DNA of 53,951 bases. It comes from Armatimonadota bacterium (lineage in GTDB: Bacteria; Armatimonadota; Fimbriimonadia; Fimbriimonadales; GBS-DC). The notes beneath the pieces are model-generated. The model ran no database searches. It was not told the origin of the DNA and saw nothing but the letters and a program-made list of their open reading frames with translations. Shown here in pieces: positions 16,961 through 27,668 of this stretch. The translations under genes were made by a program, and so were the position numbers. The stretch is from positions 1-53,951 of the forward strand of contig JBBIQJ010000001.1 in the NCBI GenBank assembly GCA_037442385.1. Direction: 5' to 3'. Positions within the stretch are counted from its first letter, which is position 1. Each line of letters starts with the position of its first letter.

Positions 16961-17839
16961 ATGCGACGGCAAGAGCAGCAACCGACGACGGAACGCAAAC
17001 GGCTGATTCTGCACGCGGACGATCTGGGGCTGAGCCACGCCGCAAACCGCGCCACCCTCAAGGCGATGGAGGCGGGCATTGTCAGCAGCGCCAGCATTAT
17101 GATGCCCTGCGGCTGGGTGATGGAAGTGGTGGAGTGGGCGAAAAAGCACCCCAACGCCGATCTGGGGCTGCACCTGACCCTTACCAGCGAGTGGAGTACC
17201 CTGCGCTGGCGCCCTGTGGCTCCTGGGGATAAGGTCAAGGGGCTGTTAGACCCCACAGGCTACATGTGGCGCTCGGTGGAAGAGGTCGTGCGCCACGCCA
17301 GCCCCCAGGAGGTGGAGACCGAACTCCGCGCCCAGATCGAAATGGCGCTCAAACTGGGGCTGAAACCGACCCACCTAGATTCGCACATGGGCACGCTCTA
17401 CGCCTCGCCTCAATTCTTCGAGGTGTTTCTCAAAGTCGCGATGGACTACAAGATTCCGCCGATGGTGTTCAGCCCTACGCCCGAGATTATGCTGATGGCA
17501 GCTGCGCGCGGGCTGGACTACAAGCAGGCGTACCAGCGTATCCAGCAAGCAGGGCTGCCCACCATCGACTCGCTGAACCCCCAGTATGAGATTGGCGAGC
17601 CATATGAGAAGCACCGCGCTCGCCTGCACCAGTATCTCCGCCAGCTCAAGCCGGGCGTCCACGAGCTGATTGTGCATCTGGGCGAGGATGACCCCGAAGG
17701 GCACGCGACCACATCCCACTGGCAATACCGTGTGGACGAGTTCCGCATCCTGATGGAACCTGCCTTCAAAGACGTGTTGCAACAGAGTGGTGTGGAGCTT
17801 TATACCTATCGCGATCTGGCAAAAGAGCGCGGGAAATAG
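16961..17839 (+). CDS. ChbG/HpnK (YdjC) family carbohydrate deacetylase
   Basis: 292 aa with LILHADDLGLSHAANRATLKAMEAGIVSSASIMMPC, typical of the YdjC family. Confidence 0.8.
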   Translation: MRRQEQQPTTERKRLILHADDLGLSHAANRATLKAMEAGIVSSASIMMPCGWVMEVVEWAKKHPNADLGLHLTLTSEWSTLRWRPVAPGDKVKGLLDPTGYMWRSVEEVVRHASPQEVETELRAQIEMALKLGLKPTHLDSHMGTLYASPQFFEVFLKVAMDYKIPPMVFSPTPEIMLMAAARGLDYKQAYQRIQQAGLPTIDSLNPQYEIGEPYEKHRARLHQYLRQLKPGVHELIVHLGEDDPEGHATTSHWQYRVDEFRILMEPAFKDVLQQSGVELYTYRDLAKERGK

Positions 17840-17853
17840 GGTACACTAAAGAT

Positions 17854-18555
17854 ATGAGGCGTTTGCTTGCAATTGTTGCCTGCGTGGTGATGGGCGCAGG
17901 GCTATGGGCGCAAACAGCACGCTCAGCGGACGAATGGCTTACAGCGATGTTTAACGCCTACAGCCGCCCTCAGCCAGCCCAGCAGAAAGCCACTGTCTCG
18001 GTCGTCATGGCGACTGCCCGCAACCCGCAGGGCGAGGTGATCCAGCGCCTCGTTTACACCTACACCCTCGAAGCGCCCGCAAAGCTGAATCTGACCGTCC
18101 AGAACACCCTCACAAATACCACAACCCGCGTGCAATCGGATGGGCAGCGACTCACTGTACAGGCGCCCAACCGCCAGACGCAGGAGGTGCTGATTGCCAG
18201 TTCGGGCCTGGCGCTTCTGGAGCAGCTCGTGGCGCAGGATGTTGTGCCCACCTACGATATGGTCTTTGTGTTCGGGGGCAAAACGAAACAGGACGAGTTT
18301 CGCAAGCAGGTGAGCCAGCTCAAAATCACCAGCGAAGACGAAAAGCAGGTCGTGATTACAGGCAAAATCCGCAACGAGCGCAATCGTGACGACGATCTGC
18401 AGCTTGTGCTGGACAAAGCGACTGCTCGCCTGCGCACCTTTCAGGTCACCACGCGAGTCAAAATTGAGGGAGCGGACGGCGCCTTTACCCTGCTGATGGA
18501 GTTTGAATCTCCCAGAGCCGAGCCGGCGGAAACAGTCGCCCCCATAAAGCCATGA
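17854..18555 (+). CDS. Secreted hypothetical protein (a LolA-like fold is only a guess)
   Basis: 233 aa with a signal peptide (MRRLLAIVACVVMGAGLWAQT). No recognisable catalytic motif. Confidence 0.6.
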   Translation: MRRLLAIVACVVMGAGLWAQTARSADEWLTAMFNAYSRPQPAQQKATVSVVMATARNPQGEVIQRLVYTYTLEAPAKLNLTVQNTLTNTTTRVQSDGQRLTVQAPNRQTQEVLIASSGLALLEQLVAQDVVPTYDMVFVFGGKTKQDEFRKQVSQLKITSEDEKQVVITGKIRNERNRDDDLQLVLDKATARLRTFQVTTRVKIEGADGAFTLLMEFESPRAEPAETVAPIKP

Positions 18556-18606
18556 GCCGTATTTCGGGCAATTCTTTCGGGCTTTTTCCAAATTGCCTGC
18601 TTCCAC

Positions 18607-18636
18607 TTGACAAACTCAATTCCCGTCAGGTATAAT
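18607..18636 (+). promoter_or_regulatory. Near-consensus promoter (TTGACA-18-TATAAT)
   Basis: TTGACA at 18607..18612 and GGTATAAT with the hexamer at 18631..18636. About 100 nt of leader precede ATG 18744. Confidence 0.55.
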
Positions 18637-18743
18637 AGTGCCACTCTACCACTATATAAGGGTCGCAAGCAGCCTAGGTGTGAACCCGGCTGAAAAGCAT
18701 GGGTTTACCAGCAGGTTGCTAAGACCCAACGGAGGTGAAACCT

Positions 18744-18986
18744 ATGACCGATCAACGAAGCGCCTATATCGAGGGTATCCTTAAGGCGTTTAAGGCAGGT
18801 GAGATTGATATGGCAGAAGCGATCAAAGCAATTCGGAAGCGCAAGCCGAATCAGGCGAAGGTTGAAGGGGCGAAGGAGTTCGCCAAGCTCGTAATGGAGG
18901 GCAAAATCGAGGAAGCGTTTGCGAAGTACCGTTTCGGTCTGAAGGATGTGCGTCAGCGCCGAAAGAAGGCTCGCGCCGCTTCCTGA
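18744..18986 (+). CDS. Small lysine/alanine-rich helical hypothetical protein
   Basis: 80 aa from ATG 18744, with GGAGG at 18731..18735; GTG 18735 is an alternative start. It sits between a consensus promoter and a perfect terminator. Confidence 0.55.
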   Translation: MTDQRSAYIEGILKAFKAGEIDMAEAIKAIRKRKPNQAKVEGAKEFAKLVMEGKIEEAFAKYRFGLKDVRQRRKKARAAS

Positions 18987-18996
18987 TGTGTGAACC

Positions 18997-19024
18997 AAAC
19001 GGCTCTCCTGAGGGAGAGCCGTTT
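18997..19024. terminator. Strong bidirectional stem-loop terminator
   Basis: A perfect 12-bp stem, AAACGGCTCTCC (18997..19008) with GGAGAGCCGTTT (19013..19024), and a TGAG loop. It lies between convergent genes. Confidence 0.7.
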
Positions 19025-19028
19025 CGCT

Positions 19029-20045
19029 TTAATCCACCCAATCAGCAAGAAAGATATTAGTTTCGCCGCGCACTCTGGCGTTGCGGTTAGATGCCCAGAC
19101 CAGTTTTTTCCCATCCCGCGAGAAGATCGGAAAGCCGTCGAACTCCGCGGTGTAGGTAACCTGTTCCAGTCCCGTGCCGTCGAGGTTAATCAGAAACAGG
19201 TCAAACTCGCGCCCGCGCGGGTCATGGTGATTGGAGGAGAAGATAATCTGTCGGTTGCCGGGGCGCATAAACGGAGCGAAGTTCGCGCCGCCCAGTTTAC
19301 TGAGCTGCCAGCGTCGTTTCCCATCGGCGGTCATCACCCACAGCTCCAGTTTGCTGGGGCGCACGAGGCGCATTTTCAGCAAGCGCTGGAACTCTTCAAT
19401 CTCGTCGCGCGTTTTCGGGTGATAGGCGCGGTAGACGATATATTTGCCGTCCCATGAGTAAAACGGTCCCCCGTTGTAGCCCACCTCGTCAGTCAGGCGG
19501 GTAAACTTGCGCGTGCGAAGGTTATACTCACACAGATCGATATTCCCCCAGCGCGTGGTGGTGAACAGGATTCGGTCGCCTCTGGGGTGGAACGAGCCTT
19601 CGGCGTTATAGGCGTCGTCATCGGTGATGGCTTCGCGCTGGGAGCCATCAGCGTTGGCGATATATAGCCGATAGGGCAGCAGGGGCCACACATAGCCCTG
19701 CGAGCGGTCAGGTGGCGGGGGCGGCTCTTCGCTATACCAGTCGGTGGAACTATAAAGGATGCGTTTGCCATCGGGCGCCCAGAAGCCGCAAGTGCAACGC
19801 CCCTTGTTAGTGGAGACCAGACGCACATCGGAGCCGTCGATGTTCATCGTGAAAATCTGGTCGGCTTTGAAGGGCGGGCGCGTGCTTTGAAAAATCAACT
19901 TCTTACCGTCGAACGAAAAGTAGGCTTCCGCATTCTCCCCGCCAAAAGTCAGCTGGCGGATGTTGCGCAGATGGCGCTCGCGCGGATCATGCAACGATTC
20001 TCCAGACTTCCACGCACTTTCCTGATAGCGGGGCAGATAGCACAT
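19029..20045 (-). CDS. PD40/TolB-like beta-propeller repeat protein
   Basis: 338 aa with repeated PD40-like units (FSFDGKKLIFQSTR, WAPDGKRILYSS, FHPRGDRILFTT, YSWDGKYIVY, FSRDGKKLVWASNR). No obvious signal peptide. Confidence 0.7.
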   Translation of the reverse strand: MCYLPRYQESAWKSGESLHDPRERHLRNIRQLTFGGENAEAYFSFDGKKLIFQSTRPPFKADQIFTMNIDGSDVRLVSTNKGRCTCGFWAPDGKRILYSSTDWYSEEPPPPPDRSQGYVWPLLPYRLYIANADGSQREAITDDDAYNAEGSFHPRGDRILFTTTRWGNIDLCEYNLRTRKFTRLTDEVGYNGGPFYSWDGKYIVYRAYHPKTRDEIEEFQRLLKMRLVRPSKLELWVMTADGKRRWQLSKLGGANFAPFMRPGNRQIIFSSNHHDPRGREFDLFLINLDGTGLEQVTYTAEFDGFPIFSRDGKKLVWASNRNARVRGETNIFLADWVD

Positions 20046-20082
20046 AGCAGGATTCTACCCGACAGCGTGGAATGGAATAGCG

Positions 20083-20817
20083 GTGACCACGGCAATTGTT
20101 CTGGCAGGCGGCGAGACGGACCCCGAATGGAGCGCGCATGCGGGCGTCAGCCAGCGGGCGATGGTGCCAGTAGCCGGCATGCCGATGTATCAGCACGTGG
20201 TGGACGCCCTGCGGCTGGTGCCCGAAATCGCCGAGATTCTTGTGGTGGGCGCGGTGCCCGAAGGCGCTGGGTATCGTGTGGTGGCGCCGCAGGAGAGCCT
20301 TCTCGCAAATGTACGGCGCGGGCTGGAAGCGAGCCAGCACGAATCGGTGCTGTTCGCCACCGCCGACATCCCTTTTCTGACCCCTGAGAGCGTGCGGTTC
20401 TTTCTGGAGGCGAGCCTTCAAAGCGGTGCGGCGCTGACCTACGCTGTGGTGCCCGCCGCTGTGTGTCGGGAGAAGTTTCCCCAGCTTTCGCGCACGACAG
20501 TACGCCTGCGCGAAGGGGAAGTTACAGGGGGCAACCTGTTCTGGGCACGGCGCTCTGTGGCGCTCAAAGAGTTGCCAAGATTAGAAGCGCTCCACCGGGC
20601 ACGGAAACAGCCCCTAAAACTGGCATGGCAGCTGGGGCTGGGGCTTTTACTCCGCTTTGTGCTGGCGCAAAAACTCTCGCCCCGCTGGCTGGGGATTGAA
20701 GATATCGAGCGTCGCGCCGCCCGCATGCTCGGCGTGCCCGTCAAGGCGATTTTCACCCCGTACGCCGAAGTAGGCACCGATATTGACCGCCTCCAACACT
20801 GGCAGCAGGTGCAGTGA
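20083..20817 (+). CDS. MobA-like NTP transferase family protein
   Basis: GTG start. The N-terminus TTAIVLAGGETD...MVPVAG is typical of nucleotidyltransferases. 244 aa. Confidence 0.65.
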   Translation: MTTAIVLAGGETDPEWSAHAGVSQRAMVPVAGMPMYQHVVDALRLVPEIAEILVVGAVPEGAGYRVVAPQESLLANVRRGLEASQHESVLFATADIPFLTPESVRFFLEASLQSGAALTYAVVPAAVCREKFPQLSRTTVRLREGEVTGGNLFWARRSVALKELPRLEALHRARKQPLKLAWQLGLGLLLRFVLAQKLSPRWLGIEDIERRAARMLGVPVKAIFTPYAEVGTDIDRLQHWQQVQ

Positions 20818-20820
20818 TAC

Positions 20821-20850
20821 TTGCATTCCCACCGGTCCATCGGGTATACT
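20821..20850 (+). promoter_or_regulatory. Putative tRNA promoter (TTGCAT-18-TATACT)
   Basis: TTGCAT at 20821..20826 and GGGTATACT with the hexamer at 20845..20850. The mature tRNA 5' end is at 20860. Confidence 0.45.
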
Positions 20851-20859
20851 TCGAGGCGT

Positions 20860-20934
20860 GAGCCGGTAGCTCAGCGGTAGAGCAGTGGCCTTTTAAGCCA
20901 TTGGTCGTGGGTTCGATTCCCACCCGGCTCACCA
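20860..20934 (+). tRNA. tRNA-Lys (anticodon UUU)
   Basis: Hand-folded cloverleaf. Acceptor GAGCCGG/CCGGCTC, D arm GCTC-AGCGGTA-GAGC, anticodon arm GTGGC-CTTTTAA-GCCAT, T arm GTGGG-TTCGATT-CCCAC, with an encoded CCA. Confidence 0.9.
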
Positions 20935-20943
20935 TGGAGCCCT

Positions 20944-21017
20944 TGCCGGGTCGTCTAAGGGCAGGACGCCAGACTTTGGATCTGGTAGTGGTGGTTCGAA
21001 TCCACCCCCGGCAGCCA
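20944..21017 (+). tRNA. tRNA-Gln (anticodon UUG)
   Basis: Acceptor TGCCGGG/CCCGGCA (U1:A72), anticodon arm CCAGA-CTTTGGA-TCTGG, T arm GGTGG-TTCGAAT-CCACC, discriminator G, with an encoded CCA. Confidence 0.85.
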
Positions 21018-21018
21018 G

Positions 21019-22623
<1,605 letters not shown>

Positions 22624-22664
22624 GGGCTATCAGGATACCCCATCACGGACGAGGTATACTTCTA

Positions 22665-23366
22665 ATGATAAGGCTGATGGAAAACCAGCCACTGGTGAGT
22701 GTGATCGTGCCAGTCTACAACGAGGAAGCCACCCTGCGCGAGCTGCTGGAGCGGCTAAGGCGTGCGCCCTTCCGCAAAGAGATTATCGTGGTGGACGATG
22801 CTTCCACCGACAAGACACCCGATATTCTGGCGGAGCAAACCGATATTATTGCGATTCGCCACGAGCGCAATCAGGGCAAGGGGGCTGCCATCCGCACGGG
22901 TATCCAGCACGCCACCGGCGAGGTGATTATTATTCAGGACGCCGACCTGGAGTACGACCCCGAAGAGATTCCCAAAGTGGTGGCGCCGATTTTGCGCGGC
23001 GAGGCGACGGTGGTGTACGGCACGCGCTTCCATCGCGGCATGCCCAAAGGCATGCCCCTGCCCAACAAAATTGCGAACATCCTCTTAGCATGGACGGTGC
23101 GCCTGCTCTACCGCTACCCCCTTACCGACGAGGCGACTTGCTATAAGGCGTTTCGTACCGATTTTCTGCGCTCGATCCCGCTTAAATGCCAGCGGTTTGA
23201 GTTTTGCCCGGAGGTTACCGCCAAGACCCTGAAGCGCGGCGTGCCGATTCTGGAGGTGGAGCTGGAAGGCTACCGCCCGCGCCTCAAACACGAGGGCAAA
23301 AAAATCCGCTGGACTGATGGCGTGGAAGCGTTGTGGACGCTGATTAAGTATCGGTTCGGGGGATAG
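22665..23366 (+). CDS. Glycosyltransferase family 2
   Basis: VSVIVPVYNEEATL...VVDDASTD...IIIQDADLEYDP are GT2 DXD-type motifs. ATG 22677 is an alternative start. Confidence 0.85.
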   Translation: MIRLMENQPLVSVIVPVYNEEATLRELLERLRRAPFRKEIIVVDDASTDKTPDILAEQTDIIAIRHERNQGKGAAIRTGIQHATGEVIIIQDADLEYDPEEIPKVVAPILRGEATVVYGTRFHRGMPKGMPLPNKIANILLAWTVRLLYRYPLTDEATCYKAFRTDFLRSIPLKCQRFEFCPEVTAKTLKRGVPILEVELEGYRPRLKHEGKKIRWTDGVEALWTLIKYRFGG

Positions 23367-23392
23367 CGAGTGATATGGCATAATTAACTCCG

Positions 23393-24364
23393 ATGGAGAC
23401 TAGGCACCGTGTCCTTTTTATAGCACCGCGATTCCATACGAACCAAATTCCTATTGTCAGGGCGCTCAAGGCGCACGGGCATGAGGTTGTCTATGCAGTG
23501 CGCTGGAAGCGTGCTCAGGAGGATTACGAGGCTCTCACTCCTGTAGAGCTTGAAGACTCCTTCCTTACTCGCGGACTAGACTGGCTTGCACGAGGAAAAA
23601 ACAGCGCTTTTCGGTATCGTCTTCGGTTTCGTTGGGGCATGCCCCGACCGAAGGCTGTAATAGAACTCATGCGCGCATATAACCCTACCGTAGTCGTGAT
23701 TCGCGACCCTCTTACTCTCACGGGACTCCTTTGCTTGCGGGTTGTACAACTGAAGAAAGCGGTGCCTGTGGTCTATACTCAGATGCCCAAATACACTTTG
23801 TCTCCGCGCCCCTGGCTTAGCGCCTTTGCGACCTGGACTCAAAGCGCCTGGTACACGCCTGTACTGGGAACCTTCTCCCCAAACGCCTATTCTCTGGAGC
23901 ATTTCTACTATATTCCTTTTGTCATTGAAGCACAGCCGGATGCCCTCTCAAAGCCTTGGTTTGAGGGCGATCGAATTAATATTCTGTGTGTCGCTAAATT
24001 TGAGAAGCGAAAAGGGCATAAGCTGCTCTACCAGGCATTGGCTCGGTTAGCGCCCCACTATCCGCTTCGTCTCACTGTCGTAGCCGATGCTTCGACAGAA
24101 GAACGCCAGAAGTACCGTCGCGCGTTAGAAGAGCTCGCCTGTCAACTCCAGATTGCTCCCCTTATCGAGTATCGCACGAATGTGCCCTACCGCGAAATGG
24201 GGTGGTTGTATCGCAGCCACGACTTATATGTGTTGCCCAGTTATGATGAGCCTGCATCCGTTTCTTTGCTGGAAGCGATGGCACATGGGCTTCCTGTGAT
24301 TTGCAGTGACACAAACGGTATGTGTTTCGCAGTCGTGATGCAGTGGATCTGGCGTGCAAGATAG
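23393..24364 (+). CDS. Glycosyltransferase family 4, C-terminally disrupted (probable pseudogene)
   Basis: The GT4 core is present up to EAMAHGLPVICSDTNG. The frame then runs into nonsense (MCFAVVMQWIWRAR-stop). The remaining C-terminal helix is encoded in another frame at 24322..24525. Confidence 0.6.
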   Translation: METRHRVLFIAPRFHTNQIPIVRALKAHGHEVVYAVRWKRAQEDYEALTPVELEDSFLTRGLDWLARGKNSAFRYRLRFRWGMPRPKAVIELMRAYNPTVVVIRDPLTLTGLLCLRVVQLKKAVPVVYTQMPKYTLSPRPWLSAFATWTQSAWYTPVLGTFSPNAYSLEHFYYIPFVIEAQPDALSKPWFEGDRINILCVAKFEKRKGHKLLYQALARLAPHYPLRLTVVADASTEERQKYRRALEELACQLQIAPLIEYRTNVPYREMGWLYRSHDLYVLPSYDEPASVSLLEAMAHGLPVICSDTNGMCFAVVMQWIWRAR

Positions 24365-24525
24365 AAAGCGTCATAGAGGATCGAATCCGCCTGCAACGAA
24401 TGGGCGCAAATAGCCTGTGCCTGGTTGCTACGCGGCACCATCCCCGGAACTATGTGCGGGTGTTAGAAGATTTGGCAGCAGGGCGCCCTGTAGACGAGAA
24501 AATGTTTCTTGCGCTTCCGAACTAA
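24322..24525 (+). pseudogene. Displaced C-terminal fragment of the GT4 gene
   Basis: DAVDLACKIESVIEDRIRLQRMGANS matches the usual GT4 C-terminal helix. It is out of frame with 23393..24364, and about 15-20 residues of the expected sequence are missing. Confidence 0.5.
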
Positions 24526-26003
24526 GTGGTTCGCTTCCTGTTCCAGAGCGAAGCTGCTTTTTTCGCCGTTTCTATCAGCACACGCCGGCTCTGCGGTAAA
24601 CCCAGCGCTATCAGCAGCCCAATTCCATAGAGCCAAGCGCTGGTGAGAGGGGCTACTATCGCGGCGCATCCGGCGACAAACCACGCGAGCGTTAACGAAT
24701 GGCGCGCCTTGCCCACATGAGTACGAAAATTCGTGTGCCTGATCAAAGCGGTGATAAGCGCAGCAAAGATACCAGCAATTCCATACGCATGGACACCCAA
24801 GAGACTGTGGCCCAGTAAAAGAAGAAGGTATGTTGCCAGCCCTAAGACGAGACTATTGACCGCTGACGCGAAGAAAACCAGCAAATTCTTGCCAATGGCA
24901 TATAGAACGGCACCTTCTAAGGCAGTCAGCGCGGAAAGCAGCGAGCGTATACTGAGAAGGGCAAACAACCATGCGATGATGCTTATATCCCATTTTTTAC
25001 CCAGCAGAATTGGGGTCACATAAGGCATCAGAAGAGAAGCCCCTGCATAGATTACTCCTAATCCTAACATCTGCCATGGGGCGCCTTCCTCTACCGCGCG
25101 AACAAGGCGTTGTGTATCATGCTGAAGTCGCGAGAAGGCAGGAAACACAGCACGCCCGATAGCACCTTTGGCAAAGGAAAACAGTGCAATGAGCCGTTCT
25201 GACATCGCGACGTAGCCTACGGCAGATGCCCCTAATATGGGAAACACAACCAACGAAGGGACTAACCTTTGCAAACCACTCGCCCAGTCGGAAAGAGCAA
25301 AAGTTACCCCGTAAGCCAACATAGGACGCAGTTGAGAAAAATCCCAGTGCCAGCGTGGGAAATAGCGTGCCGCCCAGAAAAAGCCCGCAGTGGTTATTAA
25401 CTCTCCAACCAGATATCCCCAAACCAGAGACCATGCGCCGTAGCCCATCTGAACCAGAGTAATTGCAACCCCATAATACGCTACTTGAGCCACGGTTTCG
25501 ACAAAGGCGCTTTTGTTGTATTCGAATCGGCTTTCCAACACAGCTAAGGGAACTTCGCGTCCCAGAACAAAAGGCAGTATAAAGGCAAGTGTAAGCAACA
25601 TTAACGGAACCTGTGAGTGGCTTAACACGTACCATATGCTTCCTATAAGAAAAATCATTATAAAAAGCGATGTACCAAAAATCAGCTCGAAGCTGAAAGC
25701 AAGATTGAGTTTCGTCTGATGTTGAAAAAGCTGAGTCTTAATGAGGTAGGGGCGTATCCCAAGCAGCCCAATCATGGCTGCATAGCTCTGGATTCCAAGG
25801 GCTGTTGCGTAAAGCCCCTGATTTTCTGGTCCCAACACACGCGCGATAAACAGCGTGCCAACCGTTGCCAAAACCGTAGAAACAATCCGACGGAGCGAGA
25901 GATATACCACGCTCTTGGAAACCTGCTTTTTCAGGGAAGAGCCTTTCGGCATTTCCATCACAAAAATTATACTCAACGGGCGAATGCAGTTGTGGGACGC
26001 CAT
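24522..26003 (-). CDS. wzx: Oligosaccharide flippase (Wzx / MOP superfamily polysaccharide biosynthesis protein)
   Basis: About 480-493 aa, polytopic (around 12-14 hydrophobic helices), with FIARVLGPENQGLY near the N-terminus as in Wzx proteins. Alternative starts lie at 25958 and 25952. Confidence 0.7.
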   Translation of the reverse strand: MASHNCIRPLSIIFVMEMPKGSSLKKQVSKSVVYLSLRRIVSTVLATVGTLFIARVLGPENQGLYATALGIQSYAAMIGLLGIRPYLIKTQLFQHQTKLNLAFSFELIFGTSLFIMIFLIGSIWYVLSHSQVPLMLLTLAFILPFVLGREVPLAVLESRFEYNKSAFVETVAQVAYYGVAITLVQMGYGAWSLVWGYLVGELITTAGFFWAARYFPRWHWDFSQLRPMLAYGVTFALSDWASGLQRLVPSLVVFPILGASAVGYVAMSERLIALFSFAKGAIGRAVFPAFSRLQHDTQRLVRAVEEGAPWQMLGLGVIYAGASLLMPYVTPILLGKKWDISIIAWLFALLSIRSLLSALTALEGAVLYAIGKNLLVFFASAVNSLVLGLATYLLLLLGHSLLGVHAYGIAGIFAALITALIRHTNFRTHVGKARHSLTLAWFVAGCAAIVAPLTSAWLYGIGLLIALGLPQSRRVLIETAKKAASLWNRKRTT

Positions 26004-26015
26004 GTGCCATAATAA

Positions 26016-27668
26016 TTGGGTATGGGCATTCGTATGGTGCGTGAACGCAGTTTACGAGTAAGCGACCTCTGGCGAGCGCCTTTAGAGAGGGTCGCAGCGC
26101 TGACGGCACGCTTTTCGGGGGGACTCAATCAGGAGCGATGGACGAATTTACTCATTGTGAGCGCTCTGGTAGTAGCGAACCTGGCTGTTCTGGCTTTTAT
26201 CTTGCGAGGTCAGGAGAACCGCGCTATAGCCTTTGTCGTTCTGATGCTTCTGGCGCCGTTAGCATTTTTGATTCCCGAAGTTAGTATAGTGACCTTTATT
26301 TTAGCAGGAACGGGGCTTTTTGTGAACGCTTTTTACTATGCCGTAGAAGTTGGGACAGGAGAGCGCGTGCTGAACTTGCTATTCTTGTCTATCCTTTCAG
26401 TCCGCGCTGTATATGAGTATATGCGGACGCCGACCGAGAAGCGTGTAAGAGTTTTTAGTTGGTTTATTATTTTATTAGTTGTGTTTTGGATTTTTTACAT
26501 GTTTCATGTAGGATACATCTATCTTTTTCGCTATCATGAGATTCCTCCTGATGAACGCTTTGCGGCGCTTGGTCTTTATCGTCCTGGTTTCTTTCGATAT
26601 TTCGATCGGCACATGCTCTGGATTGGAGTGTTGCCGCTGATTATTCTTCTCTCGGACATACGCCGTGCTAAGCGAGTGGTAGCCTTGCTCAGTGGTGTTG
26701 CTTTTATAGGTGTGATAGTACTTGTGTGGGAGTATTTTGCTCCCCTCCCCCCTATTGCGAAGGTGTTATTCCAGCTGCGCGGTGCTGGAGAGACGATGGA
26801 GGGCTACCGAATTCGTGATCCTGCTTCGCTATATCTGATTGTGACTGGCTTTGTGTTTGTCGTGTACTCGCTGGGTTTTTCTCGCGGCTGGCGTGCAGCG
26901 ATAGCCACACTTTACCTCGTGGGTGCTGCGTTCGTGATACTGGTTACAAAGAACCGGGCACTCTGGGGCGCGTTAATGGCGGTTATACCTTTCGCCTTGC
27001 TCTGGAAGCCTCCCGCTGTGCTCATGCAGCAGCTGCGAATCGTTTTTGTATCTGGTTTGTTCGGCTTGGCTCTTCTGCTGCATCCTTTTGTGAATGATGC
27101 GGTTTCCCAACTGATGCGGGAGGTAATCCAGCGGTGGGAGCGCAACTACGCTTTTGGTGGGGATCCTCGTTTAGATCCGTCCTACCAGTTTCGGGTGCGT
27201 GAGCGGGAGGCGTGGGAATTTCGAATGCAGCGATTGACTCCGTTTCAGCGTCTTTTCGGAGCAGGGCTGGAAGAGCCCTATGGCAAATATGTTTCGTTAG
27301 CCGAGGCAGGCTACCGAGCTCCTGGCTTTGATAAAGTGTACTTTCAGCGCATAGAAATGCATTTCGCGTGGCTCGCACGTGTTCTTCATATTGGGCTGGT
27401 GGGCACCGGTCTGATGGTATTGCTCTTAGTCAGCTTTTTTATTCGTGCGGCGCAGGCGTTCTTTGCCTCCAAAGATCCTTTTTGGCGCGCGGTAATCGCT
27501 GGGATTATGGGAGGCATGAGCGCTGCTATAGGATACGATATGATGCATTCCGATTTTCTAAACTCACAGCAAGTTGCTCCGATTGTCTTCATGTGGTCCT
27601 TTGTTGAGGCGTTGTTCCACTGGAAGCGTACGGGGCAGTTAGAAGCGGCTCAGTCCAACAATACCTGA
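26016..27668 (+). CDS. Polytopic membrane protein, O-antigen polymerase/ligase-like (Wzy-like)
   Basis: About 545-550 aa with many TM helices and a large loop, located between the flippase and GT genes. TTG 26016, ATG 26022 and ATG 26034 are possible starts. Function is inferred from context. Confidence 0.55.
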   Translation: MGMGIRMVRERSLRVSDLWRAPLERVAALTARFSGGLNQERWTNLLIVSALVVANLAVLAFILRGQENRAIAFVVLMLLAPLAFLIPEVSIVTFILAGTGLFVNAFYYAVEVGTGERVLNLLFLSILSVRAVYEYMRTPTEKRVRVFSWFIILLVVFWIFYMFHVGYIYLFRYHEIPPDERFAALGLYRPGFFRYFDRHMLWIGVLPLIILLSDIRRAKRVVALLSGVAFIGVIVLVWEYFAPLPPIAKVLFQLRGAGETMEGYRIRDPASLYLIVTGFVFVVYSLGFSRGWRAAIATLYLVGAAFVILVTKNRALWGALMAVIPFALLWKPPAVLMQQLRIVFVSGLFGLALLLHPFVNDAVSQLMREVIQRWERNYAFGGDPRLDPSYQFRVREREAWEFRMQRLTPFQRLFGAGLEEPYGKYVSLAEAGYRAPGFDKVYFQRIEMHFAWLARVLHIGLVGTGLMVLLLVSFFIRAAQAFFASKDPFWRAVIAGIMGGMSAAIGYDMMHSDFLNSQQVAPIVFMWSFVEALFHWKRTGQLEAAQSNNT

